Shown here: positions 8,783 to 18,613 of the stretch, piece after piece
Layout of the letters: each line of letters starts with the position of its first letter
Numbering within the stretch: the first letter of the stretch is position 1
Virus record (IMG/VR): IMGVR_UViG_3300047576_000060
DNA: 42,305 bases
Source of the DNA: a virus
Reading direction: 5' to 3' (one strand)
Program-made: the position numbers and the translations under genes
Notes under the pieces: model-generated
The model's database searches: none
The model's input: only the letters and a program-made list of their open reading frames with translations
What the model was told of the DNA's origin: nothing

Positions 8783-10150
8783 ATGGGTTTCAATAAAATC
8801 TCCGGCGGCGCAAACGTCCCCCCGATGATGAACGTCGGGATGCCGGCGGGCTCTTACTGGATGGTGCCCGCAGGCCAAGGGGTAGTGGGCGCTTTTGGTG
8901 GGGTACTCTTGCCGCAGATCGGCACGAATAACCCGCTCAGCGGTCAGTTCCTCCTGCAGTTGGGTCAGTACACGAACCTTCAGCAATACGATCAGGGCAC
9001 CAACAATTGGCAGTGCGTGCAGGTCTCGATCTACGCGCAGACGACGATTTCATCCGACGGCACGAACTACCGCGTGGTCAACTCAACCGGCTGCCCCGTG
9101 GGAGCGGTCATCACGAACGCGGGCTCCGGCGGCACGAACGGCTTCTACGGCTACGCGCAAGGCCCGGGCGACTCGACTCAGCCGGCGACCGCCTTGGGCG
9201 CCGCGATCACCATTCAGTCCGGCATCGTCGCGACCGGCAACGCGATTTTCACCATCACCCCGTCGGCGGGCGGCGGGCTTTGGAACGCGATTGTCGGCGG
9301 GGCTATCAACTCGACCATCAGTTTCTCCGGCACGGTGTTCAACGGCAACTTCGCGAGCGCGAACAGCGGCGCCGGCCAGTCCTTGGGCGGCTTCGGGCAA
9401 GGATCGGCCGCTGGCGGAATCACCGCTTCCGGCGGCACGCTTTGGACCAAACCCCCGATCCTCGTGTTCTCGCCCCCGGCGAACCAAGGCCAGCAGCCCT
9501 ATATCTTGCCGACCGCGGTGTGCACGATCTCGGGCGGCATCATCAACGCGATCACCGTCATTGACCAGGGCGCGGGCCTGATGGGCCTGCCCGGCATTGT
9601 CGCGGTCCCGCAACCGGGCGATGTCACCGGCGGCGGCGCGGTGTTGGGGTGGCTCTTCGGCGCCACCGGCACCGCCGGCTTGGGCGCGGGCACCGGTTCT
9701 GGGTCGGTCCTTGCCATGTGGCCGGCCTACTACGGCACTGCGTTGACCGCCGTGCCGACTTTTACCTACGGCGGCACCTCAAACCCCGCGCCCACGGCGA
9801 CTGCGATCATGAACTGGACGGTGACCTCGATCACCAACACCACGCCCGGCGTCACCTACACCGGCGCTTACGCGGTGTGGCAAGGCGGCGTCACGGTCGC
9901 CACCCCGGCCGCGAACACGTCGGTCTCCTTCACGCAGAGGATCTCGAACCCGATTTTCCCGCCCTTAGTCGTAGCGGCGACGACCGGCGTCACCACGCTC
10001 TCGGGCAACAACTTCGGGGGCGTCAACATCCAGGCAGCCGCCACGATCGCGCTGGGCACGCAGTTGGCGGCGGGCACGGTGGGCACGGTGGCGGTGCAAA
10101 CCCCGGTGTTCGGCGGCGCGTCCGATGTGGTGAAGTTCATCAGCTTCTGA
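8783..10150 (+). CDS. Gly-rich virion structural protein (decoration or fibre-like)
   Basis: 455 aa, Gly/Thr/Ala-rich. Contains the shared module ...ISGGIINAITVIDQGAGLMGLP... that also occurs in the next two large proteins. Confidence 0.6.
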   Translation: MGFNKISGGANVPPMMNVGMPAGSYWMVPAGQGVVGAFGGVLLPQIGTNNPLSGQFLLQLGQYTNLQQYDQGTNNWQCVQVSIYAQTTISSDGTNYRVVNSTGCPVGAVITNAGSGGTNGFYGYAQGPGDSTQPATALGAAITIQSGIVATGNAIFTITPSAGGGLWNAIVGGAINSTISFSGTVFNGNFASANSGAGQSLGGFGQGSAAGGITASGGTLWTKPPILVFSPPANQGQQPYILPTAVCTISGGIINAITVIDQGAGLMGLPGIVAVPQPGDVTGGGAVLGWLFGATGTAGLGAGTGSGSVLAMWPAYYGTALTAVPTFTYGGTSNPAPTATAIMNWTVTSITNTTPGVTYTGAYAVWQGGVTVATPAANTSVSFTQRISNPIFPPLVVAATTGVTTLSGNNFGGVNIQAAATIALGTQLAAGTVGTVAVQTPVFGGASDVVKFISF

Positions 10151-10179
10151 TTTTTTTACACACCCAGAAAGGTTGAGCT

Positions 10180-10503
10180 ATGGGTATGAATCAAGTGTTC
10201 GTGACCAACACGAACGAGGATGTGCACGAGGATGGCTACAACGGGGAGGCTTTCGTCTTTCCGCCGGGCGAACGGGTTTTGGTTCCCGTCGAAGCCGCAA
10301 TCCACATGTTAGGGTTTAATTTGGTTGACAAGACCGACACTCTCGTGAGGTTGGGCTGGGCGACGATCTATGACCCCAAAACCAAGAACTGGGCCGAGAA
10401 CCCGCAAGGCGCCCAGCGGCTCGGTCGGTTCGTGTTTGACAAAGCGGTGATGGTGTCGGAGTCCTCGCTCGCGCGCGCGCTTGAGAAACCCGTCGCGGCG
10501 TGA
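10180..10503 (+). CDS. Hypothetical structural-module protein
   Basis: 107-aa ORF with an RBS-like AAAGG upstream. Confidence 0.6.
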   Translation: MGMNQVFVTNTNEDVHEDGYNGEAFVFPPGERVLVPVEAAIHMLGFNLVDKTDTLVRLGWATIYDPKTKNWAENPQGAQRLGRFVFDKAVMVSESSLARALEKPVAA

Positions 10504-10521
10504 AGCGCTCGCGCGTGAGCC

Positions 10522-11391
10522 GTGACCACCCTTGGCCCCTCAACGACACCCGGCACCTATGAATATCAGGTGCTCGACGCCCTCCACGACCCGAACAATA
10601 ACCGCTGGTCCATCGCGCAGATCGATGGCTACATCAACGAGGCGCGCAAGCAACTCGTCATGGACTCGGGCTGCCTTCGCACGCTTCAGCAGTCCTATCT
10701 CTCCCAAGGCGTGGAGCAGTACCAATTTGGCGCGGTGGCGGGCGCAAGCATTCTTACCCCGGGGTCCGGTTATTCCGCTCCCACGGTAGCCTTTTCTGGG
10801 GGCGGGGGCACTGGTGCCGCCGCTGTCGTGACTCAAAGCGGTGGTGCGCTCAACACGATTGTCTTCACGAGTTACGGCAGCGGCTACACGAGTGCCCCCA
10901 CCGCCACGGTCACGGATTCGACCGGGGCGGGCGCGAGCGTGCAGGTCGGCGTGATCAACATCTCGACCTTCGACATCTTGGGCGTGCACGTGCTTTGGGG
11001 CACGCAGCGTTACTCCTTGGACTGGTACCCTTTTAGCCTCTTCTCGGCGCGCTACCGGCTCTACACGGCGGCGACCTACCAGCGACGGCCCGACGCGATG
11101 GCGTTCTATGGCGAACAGAGCCTTTTCATCGGCGTCACCCCGGACCAAACATACGGGCTCGAGCTCGACTCGGTGATTTTGCCGACGCCCTTCGTCACCG
11201 GGGATACGACCACCCAGGACGCCATTCCGCTTCGCAATCAGGATCCGATCAAGTTCTTTGCCGCCTACCTTGCCAAAAACAACGCCCAGAACTTCGGCGA
11301 GGCTGAAGGGTTTCGCCGCCAGTATGCGACGCGCCTGCTCGAGGTCTGCGCCTCCTACACCCGCCGCATAGGCTCGATCTATGCCACCTAA
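10522..11391 (+). CDS. Virion structural protein (possible adaptor or tail tubular A-like)
   Basis: 289 aa, GTG start. Contains the tandem module GSGYSAPTVAFSGGGGTGAAAVV..GGALNTIVFTSYGSGYTSAPTATV. Confidence 0.55.
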   Translation: MTTLGPSTTPGTYEYQVLDALHDPNNNRWSIAQIDGYINEARKQLVMDSGCLRTLQQSYLSQGVEQYQFGAVAGASILTPGSGYSAPTVAFSGGGGTGAAAVVTQSGGALNTIVFTSYGSGYTSAPTATVTDSTGAGASVQVGVINISTFDILGVHVLWGTQRYSLDWYPFSLFSARYRLYTAATYQRRPDAMAFYGEQSLFIGVTPDQTYGLELDSVILPTPFVTGDTTTQDAIPLRNQDPIKFFAAYLAKNNAQNFGEAEGFRRQYATRLLEVCASYTRRIGSIYAT

Positions 11392-13366
11392 AACCGCGAA
11401 CGTCGGCGGGGCGAACCCGGAGTGGATCCTGCGTGAGTTTGAGGGCATGAACAACTTGGCCGCGCGCGAGGCCATCAACGACAATGAGTTTTACTGGTGC
11501 GAGAACGCGATTCCGATCGCCCCGGGCAAGTGCGTGCCGGTCAAGGCCCCGTCAGCCGCCCTCGCCACCGTTTCGGCGGAGACCGGCGCCCCCTCCTATG
11601 TGCAGAACTTCAACGTGCTCGGGACCGATTACGAGTTCTCGGTGTGGGCGTTTTCGGGTAATGGTTACGTGGTGAACCTCTCGAGCTTCGCGGTGACGAA
11701 AATCATCTCGGGGCTTACCTCCGGGCTCACGGCGGCCGCGCAATACTCGAACCAAGGGCTTCTAATCATCGACCCGACGGGCTATTGGGACTGGAATTTA
11801 ACGGCCCCGAACACGCTCACCCCCCAAAACAAGGCCATCGCGAACGTGACTCTGGAGGGCAGCGCCGCGCAAGTGGCGGGGGGCACGAGCCTTCGCATCG
11901 TCACGCTCGCGCCCTTGGGCACCGGGGCGACCTTCCAGGCGAGCTACCAGGTGGTCAATGTCACCCTGGTGAACGCCGGGTCAGGCTACGCGGTCGGGGA
12001 CTCGATCTTTTTGAGCGACGGCTCGCCGGTGACCCCGGCACAGATCATCGTCGCCTCGATCTCCGGGGGCGGCGCGACCGGCCCGGTAACCGGTATCACG
12101 TTGGCTGCCGGGGGCTCCTACCCGGGTCCGACCGCAAGCACCTTCGTCGCCACCGGGCCGACCGGCTCGACCATCACCACCACAGGCGCGGGCACCGGCG
12201 CGACTTTCACCGACCACATTCAAGCGATTTCGATGGCGGTGCTCACCCGGGGCACGGGCTACGGCACCGACACCGCAGTTCAGGACCAGACCGGCTCAAG
12301 CGTGGTTGACACCTGGATAGCCGCCTCCTCGGGGGTGATCGGCGGCACTTCGATTGCGGTCTATTCGGGGCGGGTGTGGATTGGGCTCTCGCGCACGGTG
12401 TACTTCACCGACATCAATTCCTACTACTCCTTTGGCGGCGTCGGGGGCTCATTTTTCATCCCCGATTCCTACCTGCACAACAACATCACGGCACTCTACG
12501 CGGCGAACAATTACCTGTATATTTTCGGCGACACCTCGATCGATGCCTTGTCGAACGTCACGGTGTCGGCCGGCGTGACCTTCTTCTCGCGCATCAACGT
12601 CACTGCGAGCGTCGGCACCTCGACTCCGACCTCGATTTTCGCCTACTACCGCGCAATCGTTTTCTATCACGCCTCCGGGTTCTATCTGCTCGCGGGTGCG
12701 ACGCCTGAGAAAATTTCCGACAAGGTCTCGGGGCTCATTCAGAACATTGTCGCCGTGAACCCGGGCTTCTCCATGCCTCTTGCCTGGGGCGGGCAGGTGC
12801 TGGTGCAAGGGGAGCTGTGCGCCGCGATGCTTTTCTCCTTCACCGACACCGTCACGGGCTACGGGGCGACGCGCGGCATTTTCGCGCTCTACTTTCGCGG
12901 CCGCTGGTGGGTGTACTCGGGGTTGACGTCGGGTCCCTATCAGTCGATGGTGTCTATTTCGGTCGGCGGCGTCGCGACGATGTACGCTTGGGCCGGGAAC
13001 TCGCTCTACCGGATGATGGACTCCGCTGCAGCGCTTGCGGCCTGGCTTTTGAAAACCAAACTCTGGGACGGCGGGGCGCCCACGCACGACAAACAGTCCC
13101 TGAACGCGGCGGTCGCCGGGGTGTGGACGGGCCTCACGCCTTCGGGCGTTGCGCTCTACATCGACACGGAGACCGCGAACGCGACGACTCCGGCGACTCT
13201 GAACCCGCTGATGAGCGTGACCTCTGGGTACCACTTCAACGTGTCCTCCGTGAACAACGGCGGCACCCAGTACTTGGGGCTCACCGTCACGGGCTCGACC
13301 GACATGTCGCAAATTGACATGTTGGCGCTACGTGGCTCCTCAGGCCCCCGGGATAAACTCGCATGA
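11381..13366 (+). CDS. Large virion structural protein (possible nozzle or tail tubular B-like)
   Basis: 661 aa. Beta-propeller-like repeats (YLYIFGDTSIDAL, VFYHASGFYLL) with GSGY modules inserted. Confidence 0.55.
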   Translation: MPPKTANVGGANPEWILREFEGMNNLAAREAINDNEFYWCENAIPIAPGKCVPVKAPSAALATVSAETGAPSYVQNFNVLGTDYEFSVWAFSGNGYVVNLSSFAVTKIISGLTSGLTAAAQYSNQGLLIIDPTGYWDWNLTAPNTLTPQNKAIANVTLEGSAAQVAGGTSLRIVTLAPLGTGATFQASYQVVNVTLVNAGSGYAVGDSIFLSDGSPVTPAQIIVASISGGGATGPVTGITLAAGGSYPGPTASTFVATGPTGSTITTTGAGTGATFTDHIQAISMAVLTRGTGYGTDTAVQDQTGSSVVDTWIAASSGVIGGTSIAVYSGRVWIGLSRTVYFTDINSYYSFGGVGGSFFIPDSYLHNNITALYAANNYLYIFGDTSIDALSNVTVSAGVTFFSRINVTASVGTSTPTSIFAYYRAIVFYHASGFYLLAGATPEKISDKVSGLIQNIVAVNPGFSMPLAWGGQVLVQGELCAAMLFSFTDTVTGYGATRGIFALYFRGRWWVYSGLTSGPYQSMVSISVGGVATMYAWAGNSLYRMMDSAAALAAWLLKTKLWDGGAPTHDKQSLNAAVAGVWTGLTPSGVALYIDTETANATTPATLNPLMSVTSGYHFNVSSVNNGGTQYLGLTVTGSTDMSQIDMLALRGSSGPRDKLA

Positions 13367-13776
13367 ACATCGACTTGTCCGCGACCACCGGCTTTAACGA
13401 TACGCAGGGCTTGCGCAATTTCCTGCTCGCGCACCGCTTCGTGCACTTGGAGACCGCGAACGCGTTGAGTGCCAAGTACAACGTACCCTTCTCGACCTTC
13501 GGGCTCGACAGCCAATTGGCCGAGGATGCTTGGGTGCAGGCCATGCAACAGGGCGCGCAGGGGCAAAGGGGCGTCAAACAGCCCGCCTCGCTTCAAGATT
13601 GGCTGAACGTGCATGCGGCCATTCACAATGCGTCGTATAGTCTCTTGGCCGGCCAAGGGGCGGTCGCGCCGGATTTGTCGGTGGTGGATTTCGCCCAAGC
13701 CGATCAGTTCTACGATTGGATGCAAGCGCACCAGGAAATGCACGATTACGAGTACCAGCAGTTGGGGTTGATGTGA
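13363..13776 (+). CDS. Hypothetical protein
   Basis: 137 aa with an ATGA overlap at the start. Confidence 0.6.
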   Translation: MNIDLSATTGFNDTQGLRNFLLAHRFVHLETANALSAKYNVPFSTFGLDSQLAEDAWVQAMQQGAQGQRGVKQPASLQDWLNVHAAIHNASYSLLAGQGAVAPDLSVVDFAQADQFYDWMQAHQEMHDYEYQQLGLM

Positions 13777-14246
13777 GCGCGCAATTAAAACCCATGATCA
13801 GCATTCAGCGCGAGCGCTACTCGGACGCGCTGTGCCAGGAATTACTCCCGCTCCTGCGGGATAACTGGGTGCGCACCGAGAGTTACATCAGTGAGCTTGA
13901 AATCGATCCGGCGTTCAAGAAGTACAAAAAGCTCGATGAGATGGACATGGTCACCTGCATCACGGCGAGGCGCGACGGCGCGCTCGTCGGCTACGCGATT
14001 TTCTTCGACAACTTCTCGCTCCATCACCAGACCGTGCACACGGGCCATGGGGACATGATCTATGTAAAGGACGAGGCAGGCTTGGGGCGCACCGCCTTTC
14101 GCTTGCTGGATGCCGCCGAGGCGCACTTACGGGCCAAGGGCGTGCGCTACATGGGCTGGTTTGTGCGCACGGGGAGCCGCTTTTACATGATCTTGAAGTC
14201 GCGTGGCTACGTCGACGATGAGATCGTGATGGAGAAAAAGTTGTGA
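13773..14246 (+). CDS. GNAT-family N-acetyltransferase-like protein
   Basis: GTG 13773 forms a GTGA overlap (alternative ATG 13794). GALVGYAIFF...GDMIYVKDEAGLGRTAFRLLDAAEAHLRAKGV fits a GNAT motif-A region. Confidence 0.6.
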   Translation: MSAQLKPMISIQRERYSDALCQELLPLLRDNWVRTESYISELEIDPAFKKYKKLDEMDMVTCITARRDGALVGYAIFFDNFSLHHQTVHTGHGDMIYVKDEAGLGRTAFRLLDAAEAHLRAKGVRYMGWFVRTGSRFYMILKSRGYVDDEIVMEKKL

Positions 14247-15652
14247 TACGGCTGCATTTTTTCGAGTGTCCGATAACCGACATTATCGGCGCGATTGTCG
14301 ATGCGGTCGGGGACTCAGCCGCCCTCGATGCGGGCGTGGGAGCCGCTGCGGACGCAGGCGCCGGGGTCGCTGCTGCGGATGTCGGAGCTGGCGCGCTCGC
14401 GGCCGATGCGGGGGCCGATATCGGTGCGGGAGCCTTGGCGGCGGATGCGGGCACGTCGGCGGCGCTGGGCGGCATCGCGGACACCGGGATCGCGGACGCA
14501 GGCGTTGGCACGTTAGGTGATGTGGGCTTCACAGGCGCCGGCACCGGAGCACTCGCCGACACCGGAACCGCAGCGCTAGGGGCAGACAGTGCGTTGGGCG
14601 GCGCGGGGGCGGACACCGCAGCGCTAGGGAGCGGTGGCGCCATCCCGGGAGCCGTCGGTGACGCGGGCGCTGGGGCCATGCTCCCCGAACAGACGGTACT
14701 CGGCCAAGCCGCAGGACCGGCCGCGGCCGGAACCTCGAGCCTGCCCGACGCCTTGGGCGGCATGGTGCTGCCCTCTGCGGTGGCGGCGGGCGCGCCGGGC
14801 GCGGGAGGTTCTGGCGTGCCGGGGGCAAGCGCTCAGCCCGCGGATTTCTCAGGTTCTTTGGCGAGCACCACGCCGACCCAATTTCTGTCGGCGGACGACA
14901 CCGCCCCGTCCTTGCAGAGCTTGGACCCCTCGACCATGCAGGCCCTCGGGATAGACCCCACCGGGGGCTTGAACGACCCGGGCGGCGCGGGCGGGGACTT
15001 TGACCTATCGAATGCGGCAGTGAACCCCTCGGACACCGGCATCGACCCGAACGCCCCGGCGCCGGGTGCGGGGCAAGGCGGCGGCATCGGCTCTTGGCTC
15101 TCGAACCCTAAAAACGCCGCGACTGCGGGCCTCCTAGGTCTCTCGCTCAAGAATGCCTTGACCACGCCAAAACTGCCCGGCGCGGACGCGACCGCCTCAG
15201 CAGCGGCGCAACAGGCCGTCAAGGGCGCGACCTCGGTAGTGCAATCGGGCGGTACCGCGACACCTGAATGGGGCAGCCAAAAGGCGAGCATCGACGCCAC
15301 GATCAACCAGCAGATCCAGCAGCAAACCGAGGCGATCATGCAGGCGGCCGCCTCGAGCGGTGAGGGCAACCAGAATTCAGGCATCGTGCAGCAGCAAATC
15401 GCGCAGATGACGCAAAACGCCAACGTGCAGCGGCAAAACCTCTACGCGCAGGCGCAGCAGCAAAACGTCTCGAACGCGCTCTCGGAGCTTTCGGGCGGCG
15501 ATCAGGTGCTTACCAGCATTGGCAACACGCAGCTCCAGCAAAGCGAGGAGGCGCAGGCACTCGCCGCGCAGACCGCCGAGATGGCGCTCCTACTGCAATC
15601 CGGCGGCTCAATGCGCATCCCCGGTAGCACCGGCATCCCAGGCGGCCCGTGA
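14243..15652 (+). CDS. Internal virion/ejection-type protein with an Ala/Gly/Asp repeat N-terminus and Gln-rich C-terminus
   Basis: 469 aa with a GTGA overlap. Degenerate (A/G)-A-D-x-G repeats span roughly residues 25-150. Confidence 0.55.
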   Translation: MIRLHFFECPITDIIGAIVDAVGDSAALDAGVGAAADAGAGVAAADVGAGALAADAGADIGAGALAADAGTSAALGGIADTGIADAGVGTLGDVGFTGAGTGALADTGTAALGADSALGGAGADTAALGSGGAIPGAVGDAGAGAMLPEQTVLGQAAGPAAAGTSSLPDALGGMVLPSAVAAGAPGAGGSGVPGASAQPADFSGSLASTTPTQFLSADDTAPSLQSLDPSTMQALGIDPTGGLNDPGGAGGDFDLSNAAVNPSDTGIDPNAPAPGAGQGGGIGSWLSNPKNAATAGLLGLSLKNALTTPKLPGADATASAAAQQAVKGATSVVQSGGTATPEWGSQKASIDATINQQIQQQTEAIMQAAASSGEGNQNSGIVQQQIAQMTQNANVQRQNLYAQAQQQNVSNALSELSGGDQVLTSIGNTQLQQSEEAQALAAQTAEMALLLQSGGSMRIPGSTGIPGGP

Positions 15653-16956
15653 GCGTACCCGGCGATCAGTTGGGTGCTGACCGCGCCGCCCTGGTCAAGC
15701 AGGTGGCTGGCATGCCGGGCGGGGACGAGGGCGCGACGCTCGCGGCGAAGCAGGCGGACCTGGCGCCGACCCAGGAGGCGCTACAGCACGCTTACCACGA
15801 CGCAGAATCAGTTAAACCACCAGGGCCGGCCGATCTCCCTCAGGCGCCCAATAAGCCCTTGGTGGACGCCGCTGAGTACCAAAAATTCAGCGGCGCTTTA
15901 GTGGCGATGGCGCTCATTGCGGGCTCGGTCTCGCGCGGCAACTGGTTCGGTGTTTCGCACTCGCTCAATGGCGCGCTCAAGGGCTACATGGAGGGCAACC
16001 AACAAAAGGCGGACGAGGAGTGGAAAAAATACCAGGCGGACTTCACCAAGGCGGTCGACAAGCACAAGGAGCAGCAAGAGGACTACATCGATACCCTCAA
16101 CAACAAAAAGCTCTCGATCAACGGCATCCTCGCGGAATTGCAGACCAAGGCGGCGAAGTGGGATGACCAAGCGCTCTTGGCGAGGACGAGGGCGAAGGAC
16201 CTGGCGGCCGTGCAGAAGCAGATTTATGACATGGATGCCAAGACCGATGAGCTGAAACTGCGCAAGGAGGCGATCGACAACGCGAAGGAGAAGGCGACGG
16301 GCGGCAGCAACCCGGAAACGCAGGCCCTGGAGGCCGCATTCAGCGCTCACGGCGTGACGCTGCCGCAGGGCATGCGCAGTCGCCAGGTGCTTCAGGACAC
16401 GTTAAAGGGGCTCCTAAAGCGCTATCCCGACATGACGCCCGATGAGATCTCGGACGGGGTCAAGACGGGCGCCATCGATATGCGAGTCGCCATGACCGAA
16501 GCCAGCAAGCTCGCCACGCGCGCAGCCTCGATCATGCCGGTCGAGAAGTCGATCGTGCAGCCGGGCGGCTTCTTGGATCAGGCCGAGAAAGCGGTCAACG
16601 CGGTCCACTTCCCCGACTTGAAGAAAGCGGGAGAGTTCAAGAACTGGACCATGGAGCAGACGAGCGATAAGCGTCTTTCCGCCTACAAGACGCGAGTCAC
16701 GGAGCTGCGGCAGGAGTACGCCATCGTGCTCGCGAAAGGCGGCTTGACTTCGGACGCCTCGCGCGCCGAGGCTGAAAAAGTGGTGCCCGACATCATCACG
16801 CCGGGACAGTTCGGTGAGATCGAATCCGCCATCATTCAAGGCATTGAAACCGCCAAGCGCGGCGTGGATGCGAGCATCGATGAGGTAGCAGGGCGCGGCG
16901 CGAGTGGCAAGGTGATCAAGGTCGATGAGAACGGGGTGCCGCTTGCCAATCCTTGA
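15649..16956 (+). CDS. Internal virion/ejection-type coiled-coil protein
   Basis: 435 aa with a GTGA overlap. One hydrophobic segment (FSGALVAMALIAGSV) and a long charged helical region. Confidence 0.55.
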   Translation: MSVPGDQLGADRAALVKQVAGMPGGDEGATLAAKQADLAPTQEALQHAYHDAESVKPPGPADLPQAPNKPLVDAAEYQKFSGALVAMALIAGSVSRGNWFGVSHSLNGALKGYMEGNQQKADEEWKKYQADFTKAVDKHKEQQEDYIDTLNNKKLSINGILAELQTKAAKWDDQALLARTRAKDLAAVQKQIYDMDAKTDELKLRKEAIDNAKEKATGGSNPETQALEAAFSAHGVTLPQGMRSRQVLQDTLKGLLKRYPDMTPDEISDGVKTGAIDMRVAMTEASKLATRAASIMPVEKSIVQPGGFLDQAEKAVNAVHFPDLKKAGEFKNWTMEQTSDKRLSAYKTRVTELRQEYAIVLAKGGLTSDASRAEAEKVVPDIITPGQFGEIESAIIQGIETAKRGVDASIDEVAGRGASGKVIKVDENGVPLANP

Positions 16957-18613
16957 ACTCCCCGACGGCACGCGCCTGTCAGCCCCGGATGGCGCCGATC
17001 CGCGCAAGGTCGTCGCGGGCTACAAGGCGCATCTCGCTGCCAGCCCCCCCAAAAAAACGAGTTCTGATATATCAGAAAGTCCCACGTCAGCCATGAATCT
17101 CGTTGGCGCGGCGGTCGAACCGATGATGTCGATGGCCTCGGGTGCTGTGGCACAACCTATTGCGGGCCTCGCTGGCATCGGTGCGGCGGGTACGAATGCG
17201 ATGGGCATCACGAACACGCCGGCCGCCGATGTCGTCAACAAGGTGCAAGGCTCGATGACTTATCAGCCGCGCACCACCGGCGGGCAGAATGCGATGAGCG
17301 CCTTCACCAGCATTCCGCAGGCGCTGGAGGAGGGTATTACGCGCGACACGCCGGGCTATCACGCTGCACAGCGCTCGCGCATGCCGGGCGCGGGTAATCG
17401 CCCAAGCGGCGACTGGTCGCCCGCCGCGAAAACCGTAGGTACGACGCTGACTCAAGGCGCGCTGCAACTCGCGGGCGCAAAGGGCGGCGCGAAGATGGCG
17501 GAGACGCCTGGGGTACTCAAACCCAAAGGTCCCTCGCCCTCAGTCAAGATGCTCGCCGACAAGGGCGTTACCATGACGCCGGGACAGATCAAAGGCGGTG
17601 CCACTAATGCGATCGAGCAGAAGCTCACGAGCCTACCGATCATCGGCGATGTCATCAAGAGCGCGCGCGGCAAGAGCGTCGAGCAGTTCAGCCAAGCGAC
17701 CGTGCAGGATGCGCTCACCGACATCGGCGAGACCTTGCCCAAGAGTTTGAAGGGGCACGATGCCGTCGCTCACGCGGGCGAGAAATTCAACGAGGCTTAC
17801 GACAAGATACTGCCTAAGCTCAAAGGCGACTTAACCGCAGGGACACAGCCACTAGGGATAGAACTCAACAACATCAAGAGTATGTCGGTGCAAGCGCTTC
17901 CCGCCGAGCAAGGCGCAGCGGTCGCGCGCTTCATCGATCAGGACATCATCGCCAAGTTCAAAAACGGCACCACGGCGAGCGGCGCGGAACTGCAGGAGAT
18001 CCGCGAAAATCTGCGTCATGAGATCGAGTCGTACCAGAAATCGAATGTCCCGGCAGACCGCAAAGTGGCGCTCGCACTCATCACGGCGCGTGAGGCGATG
18101 GATAAGATGATCGAGCAGGTGAATCCCAAGTACGCCGCCGAGTACGCGAAGATTCGCTCAGGCTATGCCAAGTTCTCCATCGCGGAAGCCGCCTCAAGCT
18201 TGAAGGGCGCGAAGGAAGGCGTGGCCACCCCAAGCCAATATACGGGCGCGGTGCGGGCGAAGGATGCATCTAAAAACAAGCGCAGGTTCGCTCAGGGCCG
18301 CGCCAACCAGCAGCCGCTCGCGAAGGCGGGATCGAAGGTGCTCGCAGGGGATGAACCGGACTCCGGCACCGCAGGCCGCGTTGGCATGGCCTCGCTCGTT
18401 ACAGGCGGTGCTGGAGCTGCGGCAGCGCTGCATAACCCACTGTTCCTTGCAGGCGGTGCCATTTTGCCTGCGATGTATAGCCAGATGGGTTTGAAGGCGC
18501 TCCAGCCCTTTCTGATGCGCGGCAAGAATAAGCCCGCTGTCGGCACGGGGGCGGCGCTGGGGCTTGGCACGACCCAGCCAGGAAGCGTCGATGAGAACGG
18601 AGTCGGCCAGTGA
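16925..18613 (+). CDS. Internal virion/ejection-type protein
   Basis: 562 aa with Gly/Ala-rich hydrophobic segments near both ends. The start is uncertain (ATG 16925 or TTG 16943). Confidence 0.55.
   Translation: MRTGCRLPILELPDGTRLSAPDGADPRKVVAGYKAHLAASPPKKTSSDISESPTSAMNLVGAAVEPMMSMASGAVAQPIAGLAGIGAAGTNAMGITNTPAADVVNKVQGSMTYQPRTTGGQNAMSAFTSIPQALEEGITRDTPGYHAAQRSRMPGAGNRPSGDWSPAAKTVGTTLTQGALQLAGAKGGAKMAETPGVLKPKGPSPSVKMLADKGVTMTPGQIKGGATNAIEQKLTSLPIIGDVIKSARGKSVEQFSQATVQDALTDIGETLPKSLKGHDAVAHAGEKFNEAYDKILPKLKGDLTAGTQPLGIELNNIKSMSVQALPAEQGAAVARFIDQDIIAKFKNGTTASGAELQEIRENLRHEIESYQKSNVPADRKVALALITAREAMDKMIEQVNPKYAAEYAKIRSGYAKFSIAEAASSLKGAKEGVATPSQYTGAVRAKDASKNKRRFAQGRANQQPLAKAGSKVLAGDEPDSGTAGRVGMASLVTGGAGAAAALHNPLFLAGGAILPAMYSQMGLKALQPFLMRGKNKPAVGTGAALGLGTTQPGSVDENGVGQ

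Noticed and set aside
8783-10150. Capsid 10A/10B-style programmed frameshift extension from the major capsid gene into the Gly-rich ORF
   Set aside because: The capsid gene ends with TAA at 8755-8757. A 25-bp spacer with its own AGGAG RBS precedes ATG 8783, and no slippery heptamer is seen.
16925-18613. Tape measure protein (siphovirus interpretation)
   Set aside because: There are no upstream chaperone pair with a frameshift, no major tail, tube or terminator genes, and 562 aa is short. Three consecutive proteins of similar size fit podovirus ejection proteins better. This remains an inference.
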